Positions 38,613-46,230 of a stretch of DNA of 64,000 nucleotides are shown here, in pieces. The position numbers and the translations under genes were made by a program. The notes below the pieces were generated by a model. The model was not told the origin of the DNA. It saw only the letters and a list, made by a program, of their open reading frames with translations, and made no database searches. This stretch comes from Acidimicrobiia bacterium (GTDB lineage Bacteria; Actinomycetota; Acidimicrobiia; Spongiisociales; UBA5794): NCBI GenBank assembly GCA_041611095.1, contig JBFINP010000007.1:11055-75054 (forward strand), in the 5' to 3' direction. The first letter of the stretch is position 1; each line of letters begins with the position of its first letter.

Positions 38613-39701
38613 TCAGTCGAGAAGCGTCCGTGCGACCTCGAAGCGCACCTGGAAGTCGGCGTCGTCGGCCAGCGCTTCCACGGCCGATCTGCTCGACGAC
38701 ACGCCCAGCTCCCCGATGGCGCGCACGCCCTTCCAGCGCACCCACGCATCGTCGCTGGTGAGCGCCTGCTCGAAGAGGGGGCGCAGCAGCTCGTCCTCGG
38801 CATCCGCGGCGGCGTCGATCGCGGCGCGGCGCACGATGCGGGCATCGTCGGCGAACCCGATCCGGATGGCTTGCCTGCGCAGGACCTTGTCGCTGCACTC
38901 CGCGAGCACGGCCACGGCGACGCGGCGCACTCGTGCGTCGTCGGCATTGAGCGCAGTCAGCAGTGTCGCCCGCTCGTCCGGATCGTCCGGGTCGAGCAGA
39001 TGGAGCTCCGCGGGGCGGACGTCGAGCCGCACCCGCCTCCCCTCGGTGACCAGCTCGTGTCTCGTGCGCTCGGGGGGCGCCACGGGGTCTCCGGCGGAGA
39101 AGAGCCGCGTCACGAGGTCCAGCATTGGATCCAGCCGCTGCTCCCACGACGAGGTGCGGTCGAGGCCGATCGTGACGAAGTCGCCTGCCACCATCACGTC
39201 GGTGACGTCGGGCTCGGCGAGAATACGTGCGGCCCGCGGATCGTCCGGATGTCCGTCCGTTCGCCGGTGCCATATGCCCGGCTCGGACGCTCCACCGAAC
39301 GTGAACTTCACCTTGCGGGGGTGCGGCGTCGGCTCGGGAATCACCGGCCCCGAGAACGCCCGGTCGAACAACGACGTGGCCGAGCGGTCCCCACCGGTGA
39401 CCCAGATGACGTAGCGCCCGCCGGTGATGCCGTGAGCCAGCTGGATTCCGCCGTCGAGACGGTGCTCCCACCATCCCTCCGACACGTCGCCGAGGACGAT
39501 GTCGCTCAGCTCGGCCTCGTGCTGCTCGCTCCAGGGCTCGTCGGAGAAGAACCGCTTCAGCAGTGTCTTGAACCGGCCCAGGCGCTCGAAGGCGAGGTGG
39601 ACCGCGATCTCGTGGGTGATGAACGCGGCGGCATCGACCGTCAAACCTCGGGCGGCTACGGCCGCCCGGGTGGTGTCGAGGTCGTCGGGCCGGCGCTGCA
39701 T
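38613..39701 (-). CDS. Nfu_N-domain plus HEAT-repeat protein (conserved virulence factor C-like architecture)
   Basis: Start at MQRRPDD (cat 39699..39701). Central ..ILAEPDVTDVMVAGDFVTIGLDRTSSWEQ.. resembles Nfu/NifU-N. The C-terminus has repeated DDARVRRVAV / DDARIVRRAAI / DDAWVRWKGV / DADFQVRFEVA HEAT-like repeats. Confidence 0.45.
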   Translation of the reverse strand: MQRRPDDLDTTRAAVAARGLTVDAAAFITHEIAVHLAFERLGRFKTLLKRFFSDEPWSEQHEAELSDIVLGDVSEGWWEHRLDGGIQLAHGITGGRYVIWVTGGDRSATSLFDRAFSGPVIPEPTPHPRKVKFTFGGASEPGIWHRRTDGHPDDPRAARILAEPDVTDVMVAGDFVTIGLDRTSSWEQRLDPMLDLVTRLFSAGDPVAPPERTRHELVTEGRRVRLDVRPAELHLLDPDDPDERATLLTALNADDARVRRVAVAVLAECSDKVLRRQAIRIGFADDARIVRRAAIDAAADAEDELLRPLFEQALTSDDAWVRWKGVRAIGELGVSSSRSAVEALADDADFQVRFEVARTLLD

Positions 39702-39750
39702 GGCGCCATCCTCGCAGACGCGGTACCGCGGGCTCGCCGCCGGAGCGGGA

Positions 39751-41319
39751 TCAGACCTCTGTCGTTCGCAACAGGCCGACCACCAGGCCGTCGACCACGG
39801 CCTTCCACGAGGCATCGATGATGTTCTCGTGGACACCGACGCTGCCCCACACGTCGTCGCCGTCTGAGTTCTCCACCAGGACGCGAACACGCGCCGAGGT
39901 CCCGTCCGACGAATCGAGGTCACGGACGCGATAGTCCGTGAGGCGTATGCGCTCGATCTCGGGGTATTGACCTGCCAGGGCTTTGCGCAGGGCACGGTCG
40001 AGCGCACTGACGGGCCCGTCGCCTTCACTGGTCGTCACGACCCGCTCGTCACCCACGTGCACCTTCACGGTGGCCTCGGCGATCACCTCACCGGCACGAT
40101 GCTCGACGAAGACGCGGTACGACTCCAGGGTGAAGAAGGGCTGCTTCCACCCCTGCGCCTCTCGCAGCAACAGCTCGAACGATCCGTCCGCGGCCTCGAA
40201 CTGATACCCCTGGTGCTCGAGCTCCTTGATGCGGTCGACCACGAGCTGCGCAGCCTCCGACGAGAGCTCGAGGCCCTGCGCCCGAGCCTTGGCGAGGACG
40301 GTGGAACGACCGGCGAGCTCGGATACGACCACACGGGTCTCGTTACCGACGGAGGCCGGTGCCAAGTGCTCGTAGGCGTCGCCGCGTCGGGCGAGCGCCG
40401 ATGTGTGAAGCCCGGCCTTGTGGGTGAACGCAGATGCACCGACGTAGGGGAGGTGAGGGTCGAGCGTGAGATTGACGATGTCGGCGACGTGGTGCGACAC
40501 CGACGTGAGGCGCTGGAGCCGGTCGGACGGGATCGTCTCGAACCCCATCTTCAAAGCGAGGTTGGGGATGAGCGAGCACAGGTCGGCGTTCCCCGTGCGC
40601 TCGCCATATCCGTTGACGCAGCCCTGCACCTGGTACACGCCTTCGAGCACCGCGGCGAGCGAGTTGCCGACCGCCATGCCCGAGTCGTTGTGGAAGTGGC
40701 ACCCGTAGATGGCGTCGCCGAGCGTATCCGTGACCTCTCCGACGATGCGCTGCACATCGTGGGCGAGAAAGCCGCCGTTGGTGTCGCACATGACGAGGCG
40801 TTCCGCCCCGGCGTCGTGGGCGGCGCGAAGGACGGCGACGGCGAAATCCGGGTTGGCGCGATACCCGTCGAAGAAGTGCTCGGCGTCGAAGAAGACCTTG
40901 CGGCCCTGATCGCGAAGGAAGGCCACCGAGTCGGCAACCATGGCGATGGCCTCGTCCTTGTCCACGCGCAACGCGTGCTCCACGTGGTAGTCCCACGACT
41001 TGCCGACGAGGCAGATCACATCGGTCTTGGCCGCCAAGAGCGCGGCGAGCTGCTCGTCCTCTTCGGGTCGCGCCTTTGCTCGCCGGGTAGATCCGAAGGC
41101 GACGAGCTTGGCCGTGGTGAGATCGAGCTCCGTGGCGGCACGGGCGAAGAATTCGTCGTCCTTGGGATTCGCTCCGGGCCAACCTCCCTCGATGAACGCC
41201 ACCCCGAGTTCGTCGAGAAGGCCGGCGATCTTCAGCTTGTCGCCGGCGGTGAGGGAGATGCCCTCCTGCTGCGTTCCGTCGCGCAACGTCGTGTCGTAGA
41301 TCTCGACGCTCTTGGTCAT
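39751..41319 (-). CDS. cimA: citramalate synthase (LeuA-related, TIGR00977-type 2-isopropylmalate/citramalate synthase family)
   Basis: MTKSVEIYDTTLRDGTQQEGISLTAGDKLKIAGLLDELGVAFIEGGWPGANPKDDEFF, HFHNDSGMAV. 522 aa with a C-terminal regulatory domain. Confidence 0.78.
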   Translation of the reverse strand: MTKSVEIYDTTLRDGTQQEGISLTAGDKLKIAGLLDELGVAFIEGGWPGANPKDDEFFARAATELDLTTAKLVAFGSTRRAKARPEEDEQLAALLAAKTDVICLVGKSWDYHVEHALRVDKDEAIAMVADSVAFLRDQGRKVFFDAEHFFDGYRANPDFAVAVLRAAHDAGAERLVMCDTNGGFLAHDVQRIVGEVTDTLGDAIYGCHFHNDSGMAVGNSLAAVLEGVYQVQGCVNGYGERTGNADLCSLIPNLALKMGFETIPSDRLQRLTSVSHHVADIVNLTLDPHLPYVGASAFTHKAGLHTSALARRGDAYEHLAPASVGNETRVVVSELAGRSTVLAKARAQGLELSSEAAQLVVDRIKELEHQGYQFEAADGSFELLLREAQGWKQPFFTLESYRVFVEHRAGEVIAEATVKVHVGDERVVTTSEGDGPVSALDRALRKALAGQYPEIERIRLTDYRVRDLDSSDGTSARVRVLVENSDGDDVWGSVGVHENIIDASWKAVVDGLVVGLLRTTEV

Positions 41320-41340
41320 GTCTCGTGCCTCATGATTGGG

Positions 41341-41369
41341 AAACAGAAAACCCTCCGGAAGCCGGAGGG
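41341..41369 (-). terminator. intrinsic-terminator hairpin in the cimA 5' leader (putative attenuator)
   Basis: Minus strand: CCCTCCGG-CTT-CCGGAGGG followed by TTTTCTGTTT. It ends about 22 nt before the cimA ATG, and no upstream minus-strand gene needs terminating there. Confidence 0.5.
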
Positions 41370-41456
41370 TTGGTGGCGCATGCGTCGCCGGTGGCGGCGC
41401 GTGCGCCTAGGGAATCGCGATCGCAGGTGATTGACGGGAATCCAACACGGCCGCGA

Positions 41457-41485
41457 AGTATGATCGCCCCGTCACGGGCCGTCAA
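41457..41485 (-). promoter_or_regulatory. candidate cimA promoter
   Basis: Minus strand: TTGACG (41485..41480), 17-nt spacer, CATACT (41462..41457). Confidence 0.35.
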
Positions 41486-41582
41486 GGGGGGGGCCGGGGT
41501 TGGCGAGCGTGGCGCCGCAAGTCGGGGAACTCCACGGCCTCCCGTGGGTCTCAAGGGAGAGCCCCAGGGAAGGAGACAGCCA

Positions 41583-42257
41583 GTGTCATTCTGGGATCAA
41601 TTCGTCGAGGGCATCGAGTCCATCGGCACTACGATCGCCGACTGGGCGCCGCGCATTGCACTCGCGCTCATCGTACTGATCATCGGCCGGTGGATCCTGC
41701 GCCTCATACGCTCGTGGGTGGAGAAGTTGCTCTCGCTGCCGGCCGTGCAGGGAACATTCGACCGAGCAGGTATCACTTCGGCGGTCTCACCAGGTGGTCG
41801 GACACCGGCCGCACTCGCGGCGACGGTCATCTACGCATTCCTGCTGATCGCCCTGTGGCTCATCATCTTCAACATCCTCCAGCTCGAGACCATTGTCGAC
41901 CTGTTGGAGAGGTTGCTTGCGTGGGTGCCGGTCGTGATCATCGCAGCGATCGTCGTGATCATCTCGGCCGCAGTGGCCAACTGGACGGCCGACCTGGTGA
42001 GACCGTACGCCGAGGAGCGCGATGTCCCGTGGCTGGCGACAGCCGTGCGGGTGCTGATCATCGTATTCGGTGTCCTGTTCGCCCTGGACATCCTGGAGAT
42101 CACGTTCGCCGAGGACATCGCCAAGATCCTCACGGCGGCGCTCGGTATCGCCTTCGCCGTTGCCTTCGGCATCGGCGGCATCGACACCGCCAAGAGGTGG
42201 TGGGAGCGGTATCTCACACCCCGCTCGCGCACAGACGGCGGCGAGGGAATGCAGTAG
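41583..42257 (+). CDS. conserved TM-helix repeat membrane protein (small mechanosensitive-channel-related family)
   Basis: GTG at 41583 after GGAAGGAGA. Repeated IADWAPRIALALIVLIIGRWI / LLAWVPVVIIAAIVVII / VRVLIIVFGVLFALDIL segments. Confidence 0.5.
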   Translation: MSFWDQFVEGIESIGTTIADWAPRIALALIVLIIGRWILRLIRSWVEKLLSLPAVQGTFDRAGITSAVSPGGRTPAALAATVIYAFLLIALWLIIFNILQLETIVDLLERLLAWVPVVIIAAIVVIISAAVANWTADLVRPYAEERDVPWLATAVRVLIIVFGVLFALDILEITFAEDIAKILTAALGIAFAVAFGIGGIDTAKRWWERYLTPRSRTDGGEGMQ

Positions 42258-42326
42258 CCGGGTTCCCAACTGGCGACCTCTTGCGGGGAGGGGCGTCCCT
42301 CCCCGCAAGCGCGTTCAGAAGTGCGT

Positions 42327-42785
42327 TCAGCCCCGGGGCGATCCAACGACGGCCACTGCGTCGATGATCCCCGCATCCCGGAAGTCGAGCGAGATGGGCA
42401 CCTCGTCGCCCTCGGCCCACGTCTCGGCACCGCCGGTGCACATGATGTGGAGCGCATCCGGGCCGAGGCGAACGGTGGCCTGCGCGGGGATGAAGATCCC
42501 GTCTTCCACCGCCCGCATGTCTGCGCTACCGCCGGCGGTCGCCCACTCGTGCAGTTCGGTGGCGGCACAAGCGGGGATGCTCGCTCCAATCAACTGGTCG
42601 AGGTCGGTGCCTTCGTTGGCGATATTCATGTAGACGAACGCGGTGCCGTCCGTACCCGGAGCTGCGACGACCTCGGTGATCAGGATGGCGGCGGTCGCCT
42701 CGGCGGCCATGGACTCGCCCGGATCCGAGCCGCCGCAGGCAGCCGATAGCGCCATAACCATGAGCACGACAGCCCGGCGGGCCAC
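42327..42785 (-). CDS. copper chaperone PCu(A)C (DUF461) lipoprotein
   Basis: GTG at 42785 after GAGGGAGGG. Lipobox MALSAACGG. ..AFVYMNIANEG...ELHEW....MRAVE...HIMCTG Met/His-rich pattern. Confidence 0.7.
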   Translation of the reverse strand: MARRAVVLMVMALSAACGGSDPGESMAAEATAAILITEVVAAPGTDGTAFVYMNIANEGTDLDQLIGASIPACAATELHEWATAGGSADMRAVEDGIFIPAQATVRLGPDALHIMCTGGAETWAEGDEVPISLDFRDAGIIDAVAVVGSPRG

Positions 42786-42975
42786 GGTCCCTCCCTCGTC
42801 CTCTCTCGTCGAAACTAGTTCGTGCGCAGCGCCGGGCGTCGCCCATCGGTCCGGCGCACTTCCCGATCGACAGTGACTGGTGGCAGGTTTGGTGGTCGCG
42901 GGGACCATGCCAGACTGGCGCTGCCCGGCCTTAGGTAGTCGTTTTCGGCATACTGTGCACTGGAAGGAGGCGATC

Positions 42976-43383
42976 GTGGAAGTCAGGGAACTGGTCGGCG
43001 GTTCCGTCCAGATGTGCGGCAGCACCACGACCATGGCCGAGGCAGCCGCGTTGATGGTCGGGGAAGGAGTCGGGTCACTCGGCGTCCGCGGGCCGAGAGG
43101 GCTGGCCGGAATCGTGACGGAGCGCGACGTTCTTCGTGCCGTCGCCGAGGGTGTCGATCTGTCCGTCGAACCCGTGACCGATTGGATGACGCCCGATCCC
43201 GACACCGTCGAGGGATCCATGGACGTCGACGATGCTGCGGAGTGGATGGTTGCCGCCGGTTACCGGCATCTGCCCGTCATGAGCGGCGCCAAGCTGATCG
43301 GCATCGCAAGCATCAAGGACGTGCTGTGGGCGATCACCGAGCGCCGGCTCCTCCACGAGATGCGCGGCGGAGAGGCCGGCTGA
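42976..43383 (+). CDS. CBS-pair-only protein (Hrp1/Rv2626c-like)
   Basis: GTG at 42976 after GGAAGGAGG. Two CBS motifs (...GVGSLGVRG.GLAGIVTERDVLRAV; ...YRHLPVMSGAKLIGIASIKDVLWAI). Confidence 0.8.
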   Translation: MEVRELVGGSVQMCGSTTTMAEAAALMVGEGVGSLGVRGPRGLAGIVTERDVLRAVAEGVDLSVEPVTDWMTPDPDTVEGSMDVDDAAEWMVAAGYRHLPVMSGAKLIGIASIKDVLWAITERRLLHEMRGGEAG

Positions 43384-43386
43384 GCG

Positions 43387-44559
43387 TTACTTGGCGCGGC
43401 GTTGGCCCGACCCGCCGACGGGTCCTCGGCGCAGCGTGTGATCGATCGGGATGCTCGCACGGACCGTGGTTCCGCGACCCGGTGCCGTCAGGATCTCCAG
43501 GTCGCCGCCGGCACGCACGGTGCGGGCGCGGAGGTTGACGAGGCCCAGTCCCGCATAGCGCCCGTCGGGATCGAAGCCACGGCCCGCATCGCTGACGCTG
43601 ATCGTGATCGAGTCGTCGGCGCCGAAGAGCACGACCTCCACCCAATCCGATCCGCTGTGGCGGAGGGCGTTGGAGGTTGCCTCCTTGACCATGTGCAGCA
43701 CCGCCTCGGACACCGCGATCGGTACACCATCGAAGCCTCCGTCCACGAGTACCCTCGCGCGTACGCCGTGGGCCTCCGCCAATTCCTCGACGAGCTCGTG
43801 GACCTCCTCGGGGAGCATACGACTGGGCTCGAGCCGGCGCAGGTCGAGGATCAGGTGGCGAAGCGAGGTGATGCACTCGTCGATACGCCGGACCTCGGAG
43901 CGAAGCGCCGCCGCAGTGTCGGGATCTCGCGACGAGGCGGAGAGCGCCTGCAGGGAGAGACCGATCGCAAAGAGGTCCTGAATGGTGTCGTCGTGGACGT
44001 CCCTTGCGATGCGGGCGCGGTCCTCGGCGACGGCGGAGCGCCGCAGGCGCTGGTGGATCCTGGCGTTGGCGACGGCGAAACCACCAACGGTGGCCAGCGC
44101 CTCGATGGCGTGCTCGTCCTCGACCGAGAACCCTCCATCCTTCTCTGTCAGGTACAGGTTGCCGAAGACCTCTTCACCGGTGCGCACCGGGGCACCGAGA
44201 AACGTGGCCATGTGGGGGTGGTGCTCCGGGAACCCGCTCGAGTCCGGGTGCGTGGCGATGTCGTCCAGGCGGACGATCTGGCCCGTCTTGGTGATCGTGC
44301 CGAGTACGCCTACTCCGATCGGGTGGTGGCCGATCTGGTCCGCAATCTCGGGTTCCATGCCCTCGTGAACGAACTCGACGAGGTAGCCGTCCGCGCCGAC
44401 GACCCCCAGCGCGCCGTAGCGTGCGCCGGTGATGTCGATTGCCGACCGCACGATCGACCGGAGCACACTGCGCAGCTCACCCTCTTCGGAGACGCGTACC
44501 GCGGCGTCGAAGAGCGTCGTCAGCATGTCGGAGTCCAGAATGGGGGTGGTTCTCACCAC
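43387..44559 (-). CDS. soluble sensor histidine kinase, single DevS/DosT-type GAF domain plus HisKA_3 plus HATPase
   Basis: The GAF domain aligns by eye with M. tuberculosis DevS GAF-A: ARYGALGVV...VEFVHEGM..IADQIGHHPIGVGVLG...THPDSSGFPEHHPHMATFLGAPV...FGNLYLTEK. H-box RIARDVHDDTIQDL. No TM segments. Confidence 0.85.
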   Translation of the reverse strand: MVRTTPILDSDMLTTLFDAAVRVSEEGELRSVLRSIVRSAIDITGARYGALGVVGADGYLVEFVHEGMEPEIADQIGHHPIGVGVLGTITKTGQIVRLDDIATHPDSSGFPEHHPHMATFLGAPVRTGEEVFGNLYLTEKDGGFSVEDEHAIEALATVGGFAVANARIHQRLRRSAVAEDRARIARDVHDDTIQDLFAIGLSLQALSASSRDPDTAAALRSEVRRIDECITSLRHLILDLRRLEPSRMLPEEVHELVEELAEAHGVRARVLVDGGFDGVPIAVSEAVLHMVKEATSNALRHSGSDWVEVVLFGADDSITISVSDAGRGFDPDGRYAGLGLVNLRARTVRAGGDLEILTAPGRGTTVRASIPIDHTLRRGPVGGSGQRRAK

Positions 44560-44581
44560 ACCACGTTACCGGCCGCCGGGG

Positions 44582-44601
44582 CGGGGGACGAAAGGCCCCC
44601 G
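44582..44601. promoter_or_regulatory. DosR/DevR-box-like 20-bp palindrome
   Basis: CGGGGGACGAAAGGCCCCCG versus the consensus TTSGGGACTWWAGTCCCSAA. The GGGAC-N6-CCC core is preserved with correct spacing. It sits in the divergent intergenic region between the kinase and the first regulator. Confidence 0.35.
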
Positions 44602-44669
44602 TTGCGGGGCCGGGGGACCCGGATCGACCGTCGAACGAGGCGGTACGGTTGTCCAAGACGGTGACCTCT

Positions 44670-45332
44670 ATGCGCATACTGCTGGTTGACGATCACGAAG
44701 TGGTGCGAGAGGGGCTTCGCAACCTGCTGAGCACACACCCCGAGATCGAGGTGGCCGGCGAGGCGGCAGACGGGGCCTCTGCGATCCGTCGCGTCGGCTA
44801 CGACTCTCCCGATGTGGTGGTGCTGGATGTCCGCCTCCCCGACATGAGTGGCGTCGACGCCTGCCGGTCGATCATCGAGCGGTTCCCCGACGTGCGAGTA
44901 GTGATGCTGTCTGCGTATGCGGACGAGGACGCCATCACCGATGCGATCCGCGCCGGGGCCGCGGGCTATCTGGTCAAGCAGCTCGACGGGCCGCGGCTGG
45001 TCGATGCGATCCTCCGCATCGGCAATGGTGAGAGCGTGATCGACTCCACCGTCACCGAGCGCCTCTTCGAGAGCATTCGCGGCGTGCGCAAGCAGTCTCG
45101 GCTCGATGTGCTCAACGAGCGCGAGCGCCGGATCCTCGATCTCATTGCCGATGGCCTCACGAACCGGGAGATCGCAGACGAGATCTATTTGGCCGAGAAG
45201 ACCGTGAAGAACCACGTGTCCCGCATTCTCGGGAAGCTGGGGTTCCACAACCGCAGCGAAGCCGCCGCGTACGTTGCCCGCATGCGACGCGCCGAGGCCG
45301 ACGCCCACCCGCCTGAGGAGTGGGCAACGTAG
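44670..45332 (+). CDS. NarL/LuxR-family response regulator (DevR/DosR-like), copy 1
   Basis: MRILLVDDHEVVREGL...VVLDVRLPDMSG...LNERERRILDLIADGLTNREIADEIYLAEKTVKNHVSRILGKLG. Confidence 0.9.
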   Translation: MRILLVDDHEVVREGLRNLLSTHPEIEVAGEAADGASAIRRVGYDSPDVVVLDVRLPDMSGVDACRSIIERFPDVRVVMLSAYADEDAITDAIRAGAAGYLVKQLDGPRLVDAILRIGNGESVIDSTVTERLFESIRGVRKQSRLDVLNERERRILDLIADGLTNREIADEIYLAEKTVKNHVSRILGKLGFHNRSEAAAYVARMRRAEADAHPPEEWAT

Positions 45333-45384
45333 CTTCGCTGCCTGGCGCCGGGTAGGCAACGGCGCCCGGTGTACCCTTCCGTGC

Positions 45385-46026
45385 GTGCCGGATTCCATAC
45401 GCATCCTGGTTGTCGACGATCACGGCGTCGTGCGTTCTGGCGTCGTCGGATTCCTCGGCGGAGAGGCCGGTCTCGAGGTCGTCGCCGAAGCCGAGACCTG
45501 CGCACAGGCCGTCGATGCGGCGCGCGAGCACCAGCCCGACATCGCCGTCGTCGACGTGCAGCTTCCCGACGGATCCGGCGTCGAGCTGTGCACGGATCTC
45601 AGCCGTGTTTCGCCGGCGACGGGTGTCGTGCTGTTCACGAGCTTCGCCGAGCCCGATCTGCTGCAGCGGGCGCTCGAGGCGGGCGCGCGGGGCTACGTCC
45701 TGAAACGCATGGATCTCTCGGTGCTCGTCAAGGCGGTACGCCGAGCCGCAGCCGGAGAGGTCACGGTGGATCCGGAGGCCGAGGCGGCGCTCGTCGCAAT
45801 GCGCAGCGGAGACGACGCCGACGGGCCTCTCGGTCGGTTGTCCCAGCAGGAGCGCCGTGTTCTCGAGCTGATCTCGCAGGGCAAGACCAACCGGCAGATC
45901 GCCGCCACCCTCGACCTCGCCGAGAAGACGGTCAAGAACTACGTCTCTTCGGTGCTGCGCAAGCTCGGCGTCGCCCGGCGATCCGAGGCGGCGGCCCTGA
46001 TGGCCGCCCACGACACGAGCCACTGA
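45385..46026 (+). CDS. NarL/LuxR-family response regulator (DevR/DosR-like), copy 2
   Basis: GTG at 45385 (start uncertain). IRILVVDDHGVV...AVVDVQLPDGSGVELCTDL...LSQQERRVLELISQGKTNRQIAATLDLAEKTVKNYVSSVLRKLG, very close to the DevR pattern. Confidence 0.85.
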   Translation: MPDSIRILVVDDHGVVRSGVVGFLGGEAGLEVVAEAETCAQAVDAAREHQPDIAVVDVQLPDGSGVELCTDLSRVSPATGVVLFTSFAEPDLLQRALEAGARGYVLKRMDLSVLVKAVRRAAAGEVTVDPEAEAALVAMRSGDDADGPLGRLSQQERRVLELISQGKTNRQIAATLDLAEKTVKNYVSSVLRKLGVARRSEAAALMAAHDTSH

Positions 46027-46100
46027 ACCGCGTCGTGGGACCGACGGCGACGAGTGGGTGTACGTTGCCGGGCCGCCGCACCCCGCTGTAGGGTGGTGGC

Positions 46101-46139
46101 ATGAGGGATGTGCGCACCTGGTGGCTCGACACGACTTGA
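46101..46139 (+). promoter_or_regulatory. candidate 12-codon leader peptide with tandem Trp codons (MRDVRTWWLDTT*)
   Basis: ATG AGG GAT GTG CGC ACC TGG TGG CTC GAC ACG ACT TGA. A purine-rich AGGGTGGTGG lies just upstream. It lies 92 nt upstream of trpS and is followed by a strong terminator. Confidence 0.5.
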
Positions 46140-46166
46140 GGCCGCCGCGCGCACGTCACAACTCGT

Positions 46167-46199
46167 CCGCCGGGGGCCACGCCCCGGCGGTTTTCATTT
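46167..46199 (+). terminator. intrinsic terminator in the trpS leader
   Basis: CCGCCGGGG-GCCACG-CCCCGGCGG followed by TTTTCATTT. It ends about 32 nt before the trpS GTG. Confidence 0.7.
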
Positions 46200-46230
46200 G
46201 GCAGCGATCACGCACACGGAGACGACGGCA

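Noticed and set aside
46081-46200. T-box riboswitch upstream of trpS (GGGUGGUGGCAUG resembles the T-box UGGN motif and UGG codons are present)
   Set aside because: I could not identify a Stem I/specifier loop, a GA (K-turn) motif or the canonical AANNNGGGUGGNACCGCG box. A short translated leader with tandem Trp codons plus a terminator explains the same sequence more simply. A cmsearch with RF00230 would settle this.
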